DNA from: Phoronis australis
Taxonomy: Eukaryota > Animalia > Phoronida
Assembly: GCA_002633005.1 (NCBI GenBank)
Contig: NMRA01000919.1
Coordinates: 1-64,000 of the forward strand
Length of the DNA stretch: 64,000 bases
Direction of reading: 5' to 3'
The stretch's first letter is position 1; the number at the start of each line of letters is the position of its first letter. The notes beneath the pieces were generated by a model that saw nothing but the letters and a program-made list of their open reading frames with translations, searched no databases and was not told where the DNA came from. Below are positions 36,741 through 50,906 of this stretch, piece by piece. Position numbers and translations under genes: made by a program.

Positions 36741-38075
36741 TTTCCGATCTCACTAAATTGTCCCCTCAATATACGCCAGCTGAAAGCGGAAAGGCGTAAT
36801 CGAGCGTGATTTTTAACAAAAGAAGTTCCTTGACTACGGAGGAATTTATTCCAAGAACAAATATATCTGGTTGCATGTTTACGAATTATTCTAGGGCGAT
36901 ACCTTATTTTGACAGGGGTGACTAATGGTTTTGTAAACTTAACGTTACAGTCAGACATGTGCGCCTTTCCCAACCACAGGTCGCGTCACGATATGCATAG
37001 TTGCTCGCATTTTTCGTGGATGAGGGTGAATTCAAGAGGTGAACGTGATCCAGTCATATACATGTACAGACAGAGAGAAAATACAAAATAACGAGAGCGC
37101 TCAGAGAAGCGACACTTGGCGAAATTACGCGAAAACAGGACGATCGGGAGGACGACGACGACGACGATCATGACGACTAGCGAGAAATGATGAATATCTT
37201 ATGAAAGCCCGTTTAAAACTCTATCGAACTGTACAGATTTTTGATCGGTTAATACAGATGGCAAGAAAATCCCGGCACACAAAACTATTTGCAAAAAACG
37301 CCAAATTTGACAATTTTCTCCCTGAAATAACCACTTCCCTGCAAGTGCTAGAAAAAGTCTGACTACAGATTCAGAGTGCTCGTCCTCACTAGATTGTAAC
37401 TATGTGGTCATAGTAAGCCTCTTACCAGCTACTTTTTTGGCAAATTTATCTGACTGACAGCCACCTGAAATCGCACCCGCTTTCTCGGACAGCAGACGAC
37501 AGGTGTTGATAGCAAATGACAGCCACCAGTTTGCATCAAAAGTAGGTAAAACGTGGCTTTTCTCATTCAAAAACACAAGTAAATAAGTTTCTTGGCAATC
37601 GTTGTCAACAATTTCCTCAAACCACCCGCCAAACCTGACACACGCCCTCAACATAAATTCTACGGACTAGAAAATGCTCCGTGGCCGCGGCTTGACTGTT
37701 CAGTGCTACCTACAGTCTTGAGCGACAATAGGCAAAATTAACGACGATGATGATTGTGATGATGAAGGTGGCGATTATGAACAACTAAGTTCGTCGTATG
37801 AATGTTATGATGTGACATCATAACATTCATACGACGAACTTAGATGTCATAAATTAGTAAGAAATAAGCTACAGTCTTGTTCAAATAAACTAAGTAAGTT
37901 TTCAAGAGGGAAAGGAATACCGTCAAAAATCTCACAATGCAGGCTAAGCCGACCCAGCCAAATGGGCGTCCCCAACTGCAGAATTTTGGAAAATGTGTCC
38001 TATCCAGGCCACCTCTTGGCAAGAAACGTAGGTGTGCGTTCTTTCCTTTGATTGGTTGGTTTCATTCTGCTTTGG

Positions 38076-38543
38076 CAGCCACGTCCCCAAGCTTCAAGAT
38101 GGCGCTGAACGGTTTAGGCATTTGAGCGCAAAGATTAGCCGCTGCCTTGACGTCATTAAACCAAAGGCAAATTTTAATTATTTTCACAGGCGTTGTTACT
38201 GCCAATCATGAAGCACAAGGCATTGTTTTGACTATTGTTTGAAATAAAGGTGGTAGGCGTACTTATTTTCAAATCTTTTTTCATTAATACTATCATAGTA
38301 ATTAATCAGTTTTGGAATAAAAAATGCAATACTTTAGACTTAAATTACTCCAATATACCGTTATCTTTTATTTTTTATATTATACGGCAAAAATTTTCAA
38401 AGGTAATATTACCTTATATTACTCGTGATATTCTGGCGATTTCCGTCAAAATGTGTCAGAGTTCTGAAACATTTCTTTCCCAGAAACCAAGCCTCAAATG
38501 GCTAAACCGATCAGCGCCATCTTGAGGCTTGGGGACAAGGCTG
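38076..38543. mobile_element. MITE with ~50-bp TIR and 10-bp TSD (AcademH- or MULE-type)
   Basis: TCTGCTTTGG|CAGCCACGTCCCCAAGCTTCAAGATGGCGCTGA ... TCAGCGCCATCTTGAGGCTTGGGGACAAGGCTG|TCTGCTCTGG (TSD matches at 9 of 10 positions). Confidence 0.75.
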
Positions 38544-40029
38544 TCTGCTCTGGATGACCGTTATCTCACATGATGTATCCGTTTATGTAAATTGACCAAT
38601 TTCATAGTATGCTTTACACAGAGGACCAATACCACGTTATATTGATGGATCTCTCCTGGTTACATATAACAAAGAATCCCAAGGATTAGCATTGTCGTTA
38701 TAACTAATTTGGACATACTGAGTAGTTTTAAGCTCACCAGCGAAAATTATTTCCAAGTAAATAATGTAAAAATACGCGGGCGATCCCCAAATGTAATGTC
38801 AGAACATTAACGTTTTAAGGTTTCAAAACCAATACATTGACCTCTAAAACCCACACGGACACTGGACTGAAGGATTGAGTTAAATAGAAACCGGGCCGTT
38901 CAGTGATTGCCGTAGCTGGACGATGATTTCTCAACTTCGATCGGAGTCGCCGTCCACTCTTGGTATCTCAAAAGTTGCTCTTAGCTGTTATAATTGTGCA
39001 GCACAGAGCAATTATCGCATTAGGGAGCTGGGGGGAGGTGGACGGGGTAGCTATAGTCCAAATGCTGGATGAATAATTGAAATGTCAAGGACACAAACTG
39101 CTAATGTTTTAAGGCGTTTCCTTCTGAAATTGTACTTGTATCCCTCGTGTAAAGCTAGTATGGAATCCTCCTGCGATGGGTTTTTATTCCTTGACAACAG
39201 TTTTGATTCCATGCGTGTTTACATTAATGGATTCATTCGGTGTAGTAGAGAGTTGGCTTTTTTCTAGTGACATCAGATAAAAAGCGAGCCTCGCTCTAAA
39301 AAAAAACAAAAAAACACTGACATCAGACCTCCGGACACCGGTGTTAGTTGTCTGGAATACGGACTAAGCGGGAGTATGATTGTGTTCCGAGAAAGTGTAA
39401 CGTGAAGGCTTTTACTTTGTGGCTGTTACGATTAACTCCAACTGAATGCTTTTCTTGCTATTTGTGGAATAAATTCATGTTGTTTGCCCTACAGAAGTAG
39501 ACGAGGAATTTACCAAGAGTATAAAATCAGCAAATCCTGACTTGTGTTTGAGGCCGTACTCTTTACCCAGTCATAACAACTACCCTAAAACGTTTATCTT
39601 GGCGAGGTTTTGTTGCAGACACGTTTATCGAAGCACAATAAACATATCTTAGTCAAATACATTGGACCAGTTTCCGTTTTTCTACAGGTCAAATAAGGGC
39701 AATGTGCTCTGTTTTCTGGGATTCGATATCGTAATAATTGTGGAGAATGTCGTTAGTAATGAATAATTATTGGCTACTAAATCATTTGATCATAACTGTA
39801 AACAATGTGTCACCTTGGTTCTGGCGACAGGCATTACATAATGCAACATTTTCAAAAGGTCAGAATTCGATGCAACGAAAAATGTTCCATTTTCAATATC
39901 ACCTATCACAAAATCAGATATTAGTGTGAGATTTGTAAAAAGGGTTCAAAAATACATTGTACATGTACGGTAATATTAGAATGTAAGGCCAAGTAAAGAC
40001 GTGGGCTTGGATGGGGGAATTGGTGGTAT

Positions 40030-40067
40030 CAGGAAGAGATAACCAGGATCCTGGTTATCTCTTCCTG
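40030..40067. mobile_element. 38-bp palindrome of two joined 19-bp TIR ends (excision-footprint-like) of the P-like family
   Basis: GTGGTAT|CAGGAAGAGATAACCAGGA-TCCTGGTTATCTCTTCCTG|GTGGTAT. Arms are identical to the outer 19 nt of the TIRs at 30098/35069, with a 7-bp TSD. Confidence 0.9.
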
Positions 40068-42164
40068 GTGGTATGCATATTTTAATGAGCAACGAAACTG
40101 GGAAGTTCGGAGTTCAAGATATGACGGACAACATGGCAAGAATTGTATGATGACACGTGGCTTTCCTCAGACTCCCGATCTCTGCCTGGTGGTTTGGTAA
40201 TTGACCCAATTGTGCAGCACGCCCAGCAGAGGAAGATACAATGCATTATTGCAACATTAAACAAACGTTAGAAGTCACATTCCTTGTCCAATTTGCAAAA
40301 TTCAAAAACTTAGTCCCGTTTGCATATAACGAACTATTCCCCCATGCTATTTACAGACGTTCAAAACGAAAATTTAAAAATACTATTGTCGCCCCTAATA
40401 TGTTTATGATCATCTCATTATTTAGAGAACAAATAACATCAGCAGCCTGTAACCACAACAGCATGGTGTCTTTGATCTGAATCGACAAATGCTGTGGTGC
40501 GCAAACCGGTCGAGTTGCCCAGTCTCAACCGGATAGGGTGTCAACGAAGAAATCTTTTCATGAACCGATTTTGAATTGACGTAATCATTCTACTGGTTTT
40601 TATATATATTTGAAGGAGCAAATAGTGTTTAAATTCTTCATAATTTCATCGATAGTTAGTCAGCGCGACTTGTAACTCCAAAAAGCAAAGTTACTAGGGC
40701 AACAGCACCATTGTCAACTTCTCTACGTTTCTAGGGATGATCCTAAAAAATGCCTTGAGCGTTTGTGTAGATGTTTGCCTCGATGAAGCACGTCCTTACT
40801 AACTCCCGTTTTGGGAGAACCACGTCCAACACAAACCTCGTTCCCTTTCAATTTCTTCGAATAATCTCTCGACATGACTACCGCCAATCTCAAAATTAGA
40901 TTGGTGATCTTGACCGTCAAACTACAATACCTGGTTGCCATGGTACCTGCACCCAAGTCCGCTTGTACCCTAGGCGTGGCTGTCTGATTCTACTAAGACT
41001 GCCTTCAAGCCTGAAATTACTGATTTCCGCGGGCCAAATACCTCGTTACCATGACATTTGGTGTTACGTTCCCACTACACAAGTGTTGAATAAATATTTA
41101 TTCAAGTAATTATGATCGCATCACAATATACAAAAAATTATAGGAATTGTCTCCATAACTAGAAGTTAACGTATTTACTCAGAGACTTTGTAATTTTGCT
41201 CAAATGCGATTTGGTTATTTTTCAGACAGTTGTGTGGAGTTTGATTTTTGTCTTAAGTCCACTTTTTGTGAAATAGAAACCAGCACGCCACAAAGACTTG
41301 CAAAATTCGTGTCAAATGAAGGTCATAACATATCAAATATTGGTTGTGAAGAGAAGTGAACCACGGTTGTTAATTCTGCTGAGAATCAATGAAAAAATGT
41401 GTGTATTGTTCGTACAGAGAACGCTAATTTCTTATTTTAGGTAATTGTAGAAATAGGCTTTCTTCGTTAATATTCGTTCATGATAATCTCTTTGTAATGT
41501 TTAGCTTAGTCACGGTCCAGTTCATAGTTTTCAAGGGTCGTGCGGCATTGCACAAATGCGTGTCCTTACTACTTCACCTATCACCTTTCCATGTTCACTT
41601 TACTGTATACTTGTATATGTTTTATGATTATTGGCAATGCGTCGCATCAAATCTTATAGCACCATTACCACTTTACAAAAAATTGTCTATTTGCTAGTTC
41701 AAATACGTGTGAAGTAAAGAACGACAGATGTACTTCTACAACTAGCTCCGGTGTTTATTTCAATAAAGAACACGTAAACGTATTGGTACTTTCACACAGA
41801 AAGGCAACGGAAAGGTTCCTGTGCCTTCTCAGAGGAGATTGTTCCGGGGGAGGGAAAAGATTTCCTTTCCCAGTCATTACCAAAACAACCTCCAACCATC
41901 ACAGAGGCGGATCTAGGATATCACAAGGGAGGGGGGACGAACATTTTGTCTGTAAGCATTTGCGTTCCCCACGATTGTAGATGCGCATAGCACCGAATGG
42001 GGAGGAAAATTTCCTAGGCGGGAGGGGGGCAAACCCCCTCCCGCCTAGGAAATTTTTCTGTTTTTCCTATAAAAATCAAGCATTTTCCTTGATTCCTGAA
42101 GTATTATCTAAGAAAAAAAGGCAAAAAAAAAAACACGGAGATCGTGTCAAACAGGGACAACTGC

Positions 42165-42233
42165 AAATACCACAGACTCAAACTCACGACCTGGCGTATA
42201 GAACGCGCGTGCTATACCACTACACCACCAAGA
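42165..42233 (-). mobile_element. tRNA-derived SINE head (not a functional tRNA)
   Basis: A-box TGGTGTAGTGG and B-box-like GTTTGAGTC at tRNA-like spacing; no acceptor stem. Confidence 0.45.
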
Positions 42234-44870
42234 TCTAGCCTAACTCCTATTTCGATAATAAGAGACCTACTTCTTTATGGTCCACAGCGTTTGCGCGCGA
42301 AACCTACTTCTTTTTGCAATGCTTATTGCATGTTTTATATTTTGTGCAATCGGTTCGTAACAAAGTGGTTGTATTTAAAATAGACTTCAACTGCTCAAAA
42401 GACAAAATCCGTTTTTCGTGTTGGCAATAATGACGGGATTGCTTTGGAAATCGTCTTAAGTTAAGGTTTGACAAAGAGAGGATTATGAGTTCTTGAGTGA
42501 TTCACTATGGCTTCGATTAAAATTCACATCTTACCAGCAGCTTCTGTGTTTCCATCGTCACTCAGGTTTCATTTTCTTTAAAAAATGAAGTAATTTTCTT
42601 CATTGCACAGTGGAGCAGACGACGGAAACAGAGTCGTAGTGCGCAGCGCCACTGCCGGTCTCCTGGGATATCGCGAGAGAGCCTATCCTTAGCCAAAATT
42701 CCGTTACGATTGCGCCGTGTTCGGAATATGACACTTGAAATTGGATCTGAGCCCAAGCAGCCAAAGCTAACGTTTTCTGTTGTTTCAAATCGTCGCCTAT
42801 GCGACTTACGACTTAGAGTGATTCTAACACTGAAGGAAGAAATTTTGAAACTGACGGGGTAATTTCGAGTGATTTTTATTTTTTTTTTCAAATGTCAATT
42901 GGGCGATATTCGGCTACAAAACCGAGATGCCTGCGCACAATAACTTATTGCTTGACANCGGGGTTAATTAATAAATTCAACATTTCCTACGTTCTTGCTG
43001 TTTTACTTTTTGCGGCAGCCACGGGATCCGCTTATGCATCACCCACGTCGCCAACCCTCATCGGTCTGCTCCAAGCAGCCAAAGCTAACGTTTTCTGTTG
43101 TTTCAAATCGTCGCCTATGCGACTTACGACTTAGAGTGATTCTAACACTGAAGGAAGAAATTTTGAAACTGACGGGGTAATTTCGAGTGATTTTTATTTT
43201 TTTTTCAAATGTCAATTGGGCGATATTCGGCTACAAAACCGAGATGCCTGCGCACAATAACTTATTGCTTGACAATATCAGGAATTTAATCCGCGACCTC
43301 GCCGAATGTTAGACCTCAGAGAAACAGTTACAGTAAAATCGTTCTACTGTAGAGTGTCAAACTTGTTTTGTCTGAATTTGACAAGTCGCAGATTATAGGC
43401 TAACTAAAGCCTTCTCAGTTTCATATTGACCTCAATCTTCAATACCCTCACTGGTACTGTCCTCTGTTTCGAGGCTGTTGAGCCTAACTTTGGTTGAACG
43501 TCAATTATACTGTAAAACAAGACTGTATAAGACAACATAATATTATGCGGTAACAGATACATTTCAGGGTGGCTTAGACGGTGTCACACGTGTATTGACT
43601 ACATGCAAGGCATTACATCATCACAGAATCCGTGGACTGATTCGGACCTGGACTGGCCCTGAATGCAGCCGTTCTCTTTGTAAAAACTCCAGGTTATGCT
43701 GTAGTTAGTGTATACAATTACTTTTTCTGATTTATCTAGATTAGAGCATTTACACGTGTACCTATTATCGTTTATGCTTATTAGACCCTAGTCTATACTT
43801 TAGCGATTACGACAACTTAACATTTATTTAAAATTATATCTCTGTGTTATTCTCCACCATTAGCTTAAGTTACATTTTCTTCATGTTTCTGTTAATTTAA
43901 TGGCGAAGAAATAATCCAACAGGCTAATGTAAATATGTTCTCCGAACGACGTTAAATAAAGATTCTTGATTCTTGAAAGAGTTAAGCGCATGCCAATCGC
44001 CATCTAAATAAACATTTACTAAAATACAAATGAAAGTCAAAATTACACATAGTGAAAGTTTCAAAACCGATATTGGATACCAATGACTTCTGTCTCTTTA
44101 GAAATTCCAAAACAAGTGTCCATACGTGGTTTCGAGAAAGAAAACCAAAAAATTCACAATTGTCTTTAAAGTACTTGAACTGAAATCTGGTCTATGATTT
44201 TTCGCATCAGTGCAACAATGAAATGGCAACAAGTTCTAACAACTGCGAATTGCAAGTACTCAATCTAAATGCTTTTAGAAATGCCAACTCGCTCAAAGTC
44301 TAGTAATTCAAACCGCCTCTAAATAAAAGAAACATTCTTTTACAGACAGCGGAAAAACAGTATAGTAAGGTTAAGTTCGTGCTAAAGTTTTCGAAACGTG
44401 GATATTTTACAAGAATATCGATTTTGCGAAGATTCCGATTTTGTATCAATTAAATTCATAGCAAGAACGAACTGTTGATTCACTCATGCAGATAAAAGGG
44501 TTAACCGATAAAAGAACCAACTCGTGATTTCTTTAGGCACATTTTGGTGCCATTAAACGCACTTGTTTCCGATAATGTCAAGCGTCTGGTGGTTCATCCA
44601 GTTTGCACAGGTGGGCCCTAACTGGTTGTTCTATATTGGATGATAACATCCTCTGGTTCCATCTATAGCTTAGTTTACTCTGAAACATGATGCAGCAAAA
44701 CCTGTACTCTCGCCATTGTAATACCGATAAATCACTTACCGACTCTAAGCACAACCGGCAACCTCCTACGCTTACTATTGCCCATGTCGACGTCTGGAGC
44801 AGGTTTGAACTCGATCAAGGCAGCGGTTCGTTGACGTTTGGCTCCGAGGTTGCGGGCGCTACAATTGATA

Positions 44871-44954
44871 TCTTGGTTCTGGTTCACGGGCATCCATCAT
44901 CATTCGTCACGTGACTTCCTTGCCCCAGTTTGAGCACACCGGACAACGAACACG
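44871..44954. repeat. 84-bp conserved element, copy 2
   Basis: 77/84 identical and ungapped against 4214-4297; contains GTCACGTGAC. Confidence 0.9.
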
Positions 44955-47900
44955 TGTTAGTCCATGTCATTCTGATTATATTAAGCCATGCCACAAACAC
45001 CACCCTGACTAACCGAAATTATATCAAATTACACTCTCTTTTTCTGAGTGCACGAGTGAAAGTGCATTATTATTCGCTAGTGTATAAAAATTGAAACACA
45101 CTCTTCTTGCAACCAATTAGTCCCCAGACAGCCGAACATTTAATTTATGTAGAGTGATTTCAACGGCATGACTAAATTGCTATGTTATTGAACAATATAA
45201 AATATATGTTTTAGTAACGTAAAGCAATAGACGATGATTAAAAAACAATTTGGGGCGTTACAAATTGGAGGGCACTGATAGAGTGTTCCTCGATAAATCC
45301 CCGTGTACATGTATGTGCAGCACCTCATTTCACACCAACGCCAATTTACACCCCAGTGTCTACTGAGGGGGAAAACCATATGAGCTCACGCTATAAACAT
45401 TTCCAAGCGACACAAGCAATTTTTGCGTGAATAATCACTGAGAGCCCCGGCCGCAGATTTCGATCGCACTTGGAGCCAGCTCTCTGGAGTGTGCAGCTAA
45501 GTATGGCCGAAGGTGACCAAGGTAAGTCTCAAAAGATTAGGATTACAATTTTACCATTTTTGAATATTGAAAGTCATAATTTTACTAGCTTCTCAGACTG
45601 GATTTACTCACTGGTTAACTGAAGGCCTACACCCATACTAGTAGGCGCATGAGTATTTTAGTTAGGGGACGTGATTAGAACACATGTGGCGCACCTCAGT
45701 CAAGATCAATATTCCAGTTCAACTTGCCACCGCTTTCGCCCCGGCTCACCGGTCGTCACCAGTTTTGGCCGGTTACGCTCCCCTTCCCAGTGGCCCCCGT
45801 TTCTCTTCTAGTATGTCCATTCATAATTTTCATCCGTATCAAATTCTGTCGCCATAAATTGAGAAAGAATTCATCAGTATTTTCGTCTCCTTTCTATGAC
45901 GGGTGCGATGCGCCTCTTCTGGTTCCCAGCTTTGTAAGTGGCTCGGAGAGGCCGGGCGGGGGGTGTCATCCTTTTCCACACTTTTTACGTTCATGCAAAA
46001 TTATTTAAACAAGTAAACGTAGGAGAAAGGGCAATCGTTTGAAATTCGTAATTGCAAATACGATCAGTGATCTTTCCAAATGTTGTGGTCATGTAACGGC
46101 ATTTTAAATAAATTCAATCATTGCAGGCCCATTGAATATATTCCAATGTTTTTGTGGCAAACGAGTATATGTAGTTAAGTAATAGCAAGCTTTTGTTGAA
46201 TTTAAATTGCCCATTGAAAATCGATTAAGGTTCATTCTAAGTTCTTTTTGATAGACACACACTGGCTCCTTGTCACAGCTTTCCGCGCCCTCTAGCTGGC
46301 AAGTATGTATACTGTCTAAGCCGCTTGGGAAGCCGACCTGCTTAGATTGGGTGTACATATACGTGTTTATAAAAAACACGTGAGCGGAGTATCAGATAAA
46401 AAGTAACTCTCTGTCTTGTACAATGAGGTAAACACCGTTGATGAACTTTGAATGGGATTAATTTAGTTGACAAATACAAGTGAAAATTGTAGCATCAATC
46501 AATTAGCTGTCAACCAGATTATGAATTGTTTTTCTACTACATCTGCATGTAGCACGAGGCAACGCCAATGAAAATGTTTTATTGGGTGTTTATTATGCTT
46601 AACACATGCTAGAGATCAAAGGCGTGTAAAGCTGAATACTGATACATGTAGAGCACCAGCCTAGATAAAAATATCAATGTTTTGAGCAAAAATTTCTCAA
46701 AAATGTGTTAAAACATTTTACAAAATTGCAAAGTGAAAGAAAAGTAAGTTTCCATGGTCACAATCTTACATTACCCTGATGGGAAGTACTTTTGCTCTAC
46801 ACATGATCATGAAACTTTAAGGTGACTTGTGTGAAACACAGTTTCTCTCGCTTTCCTTCTCCAAAGTTCAACAGAAACAAATATCATGTTCATCAGAATC
46901 ACTGCCTTCTTGCCACCATTCCTGTCTACAGTATTTCTTACCCATAATTCCTCGCCCCTTTCCAGGCTTGACGCCATCACTTTCTTGCACAGCTGGCAGT
47001 TCTCCTAAAAAGCGGAATTTTGAAGAAATAATAAAATATTACAGAATAAATTCCGGTACAACGGTTTTCCAGTTTGGGACAAAAGTAACTGTAAAAGTCA
47101 CCACTTGTAAAATTTTTAAATGCTTAAAACAGCTACAAATGTTAAAATTTATCAAATTACACTTTGGTGTATCTTCATCACATACACCGATTACTTACAA
47201 CAATGTAAAATGTTTTCATGAGCTATTTATTTCCGATTTTTGCGAATGCCAACGTTAAACTCCACTTGTCTGCCATATTGTGTACTAAACTAGAGAATTT
47301 TTACAATAAGTCAGGTGCCCGGGTGTTCAAAAGACATTAAATTACACCCATTAATATTTTGCAATCATCTTTCAGGGGAAATTATACAGTTTAGCTTTAA
47401 GTGAAACATGCACCCAAGAAGATTTTACGATTTAACAAGTAATGAGAGTTGCGTGTCAAAATAATTCATTTAAAAACATAGTTGCGATTTCATATATTCT
47501 ATTTGTAGTTATTTAACAAATCACACTATTACAAATTGGTTTGTAATAATACCACTTGCTACAACACATGGAAACAAAGCACTATCATGGTAAGAAATAT
47601 TTTAAGTCAAATTCTTTGGATGAAGTTAGTTTAGTTTTTATTTTGTTTTATGACATCTTAACACATAGAAAAGTGTTTAAGTTTAGACAACTTTAAAAAT
47701 ATTTCTGAGTCAAACTAAAACAGTCAATAATTCAATAATTCACTCACAGTTTTCAAAAAAATCAACATTTATTGCAGCCGAAAATCGGCGAAATTTCTAA
47801 GAAGGATCAGCTAATTTTCAATTATGCCTCGGTGCTATTTTTTGTTTGATTTTCGTTCGGCTTATCGCCATAAAACTTCGTTAATTTTTTTGAAAACTAC

Positions 47901-48255
47901 TTTACATACAGTCAAACCCCGTCAAAAATCGTCAGCTATTTTTGAAATCCATTGTACATTAAAGCGTTACTATAATGAATGTTTGCAGTTTTAGAGAATT
48001 TGGAACGTGTACTACAATTTTATAACACATAGTCTAACTAAACAAACAGTAATTTTGGAAATAGCAGAGGAATTTTGAATTTAAAAAAATAATATTTTTT
48101 TTTGGTTTCCGCCTCGTGATATTATCAGCGGAAAACGTTAATCAGTTGACAGCATGTGAGCAATGGCGGATGGTAGCGCATAACGGCGTTCTCCCTTTCA
48201 TTGTTAACCAGACGTTGTGAGTGTGTGATAACATATCTAGCTCCTTGGTTAACTG

Positions 48256-49622
48256 CCAAGAACAGTCTTTTAACAGCAAAAATAATAATATTATTAAAAA
48301 AGGAGACCGAAGTGATATAAAGAACTATAGACCCATAAGCTTATTAGCCCATCCATGCAAACTATTCATAAGTCTATAACAAAATAGAATGGAGAAAAAA
48401 CTAGGTGAAAATCAACCCCGAGAACAAGCAGGGTTTAGAAAGAGCTACTCAACAACAGACCATCTGCAAGCCCTTGGACAAACAATTGAAAAATCTAACG
48501 AATTTAACCTGCCACTGTGTGTTGGTTTCATAGACTATGAAAAAGCTTTCGATTCAATTGAACATTTTGCCATCATTGAAGCCCTAAAAAACATCAACAT
48601 AAATGAAATATATGTAAAACTGACGCAAAATATATATATACAGATGCCACCGCCAGAATACACATCGACAACCACGTCTCTGAAAGATTCAACATAGAGA
48701 GAGGAGTTCGACAGGGAGACCCAATTTCACCTAAACTCTTTACAATGACAATGGAAGAGGTCCTCAAATCTCCAGACCTTCAAAAAGGAGTAAACATAGA
48801 CGACACGGAGAACATTTAACAGACCTAAGATTTGCAGATGATGTTGCTTTGTGCACAGAAGACATAACACAATTAGAAACAAATTTAAATATACTGAATG
48901 AAGAAAGCAACAATGTGGGATTCAAGATTCACAAGGACAAGACAAAGTACATGACAAATTTTGAAACAGATGAACAAGTAATGGTGGAGAACAAGATCAT
49001 TGAAAAAGTCAAACAATATAAATACCTGGGACAAACTATACAAATGATTAACCGTATGACCAATGAAATACAAATCCGAATAAGAGCTGGATGGAGTTGC
49101 TTTGGAAAAAACAGAGAAATTTTCCAAGAAAAGAACATACCCATATCCCTGAAAAGAAAAGTATTTGACCAGTGCATCATCCCCACAATCACCTATGGAT
49201 GCCAAAGATGGACCTTAACAAAACAGACAATTGCCAAGTTAAGAACAACACAAAGAGCAATGGAGAGAAAAATGCATGGAATAAAATTACTAGACAGGAT
49301 TCCACACACAGAGATAAGGAAACAAACAAGAGTCATGGACATAATCAAGACAATTCTGAAATTGAAATGGATGTGGGGCGGATACGTGGCCAGAGCACAG
49401 GACAACAGATGGACAAAAAGATGCACAGAAAGGCAACCCAGATATGGAAAGAGATCAAGAGGACGGCCCCAAGCCAGATGGAGAGATGACATCGTGAAAA
49501 CGATAGGCACAAAAAGGATGAGAGCAGCAAGAGACAGAACAAGTTGGAAGGCATTGTCGGAGGGCTACATCCTGCAGTGGATGGACAACACCTAGATGAG
49601 ATGAGATGAGATGAGATGAGAT
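48256..49622 (+). mobile_element. 5'-truncated RTE (BovB-like) LINE
   Basis: KKGDRSDIKNYRPISLL, EQAGFR, FIDYEKAFDS, GVRQGDPISPKLF, LRFADD, YKYLG, RSRGRPQARWRDDI; frameshifted; ends in an (ATGAG)n tail. Confidence 0.93.
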
Positions 49623-50296
49623 ATCACGCTGGCCAATTATCTACCACGCTTCTTAATTACAGCTCACGGATGAACTCAGTCAAACCCAGAGCGGTCGGAA
49701 AGAATAGATTGTCATAACTTCGGTTGCAGTTGAGCGATTTTGGCGATTCAAAAACTAAACATGATCAGCATTCGACGAGAAATTCAGAAATGCTATTGAT
49801 TTATGTTCAATTATGGTATAACTTAATTTTTGTTTTTTACAGAACAGCCCAGTCAGACTAGATACTATCTTATTGGAGATTAGAGCAATCGAACAAAAGA
49901 GAGCTGGCCCTCCAACCCTAAATGCCAGAATGTAGTTAATCAGTCGTGTAAGATATTGGCTGCAGGGGTCATATCCCTAACTTGTTGGTGGGCTATAGAA
50001 TCGAACAAGTTGGGAGCAACGGGAAAAACGCCGTGATCTATTACGTTAGTTAGAAGACTTGGAAAGCGAGCTTGACGAGTATTATGAAGACAGTGATGGG
50101 GTTCAAGACCACACTCAAGCCACAGGTAAAACAGCATCTGTGGCCAGTGAAACCGAGTAGCAGCCTACTCAGTCTGCGGGACAGTCCTAATTTGAGAGTG
50201 GTAATTAAAGCCTACATGCATGTATATTGAATCATGGCATAATTTTCTAGTGTCGGGTAATGCAAGTATGAGTCTCGGACTGTAAACCTAACCGCC

Positions 50297-50466
50297 AGCA
50301 ACGTGGGCATGTTGATGAGCAAGATATTTGCATCCAAAAACGTTAATTGTAACTTGTGGCTAGCAAAATAAAGCTAAATCGTGCAGAGTGGGTAATATAA
50401 AACTCATTAAGTAAGAAACTGATATTAAATACTTTGATACGTTGCTTTCTTTTGGCCGCCGCCAAA
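50297..50466. repeat. ~170-bp dispersed repeat, second copy at ~57239-57412
   Basis: Near-identical CAGCAACGTGGGCAT...GCTAAATCGTGCAGAGTGGG...TTTTGGCCGCCGCCAAA at both sites. Confidence 0.85.
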
Positions 50467-50906
50467 ACTTGGCACGAGTACTGAGGACAGAAAATTTATT
50501 ACGTCAGGGAAATTTCACACGCATGTTTTGTGAACTGGTACATACTTCGTGAATAATACCAAACTCACGTTTTGTTGGCGTTCGTTTTTTCTGTCACTCA
50601 AATGTCTGCGAGTGCTCAGCTCTCGCTGGTTCCCTGCGTGCTTAGCCCAGTCAACACGCAGATATCACGCAGTGGCGGGCACGCGCCCTTAGCATTGGTC
50701 GATGTAACCTCGGCAGTCACTGGTTAGCTTTACAACACCGTGAAAAATGGCGGACTGTGAACGATTTTTAGCCTTGTAATGCAAGTGGCGTCGCAGCAAC
50801 TATTTCGTTTCTGCAGTGAAAGTTGTTTAATAACCGCGGGCTTGAAGCACATAGGCCACTGACATGTACAATACACACATATCTGGCCGATTTAACCAAT
50901 GTGTTA

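Noticed and set aside
42165-42233. tRNA gene
   Set aside because: A/B-box-like motifs only, with no cloverleaf; treated as a SINE head.
42753-43274. 205/204-bp direct repeat
   Set aside because: Copies differ by one T and the first ends at a single N (42958), which points to a contig-overlap or haplotype artefact.
44871-44954. 84-bp element as a C/D snoRNA or SECIS element
   Set aside because: The C-box-like ATGATGA is not preserved in copy 1, and no D box or SECIS stem was evident.
48885-49554. Several overlapping ORFs on both strands
   Set aside because: Shadow frames of the RTE reverse transcriptase.
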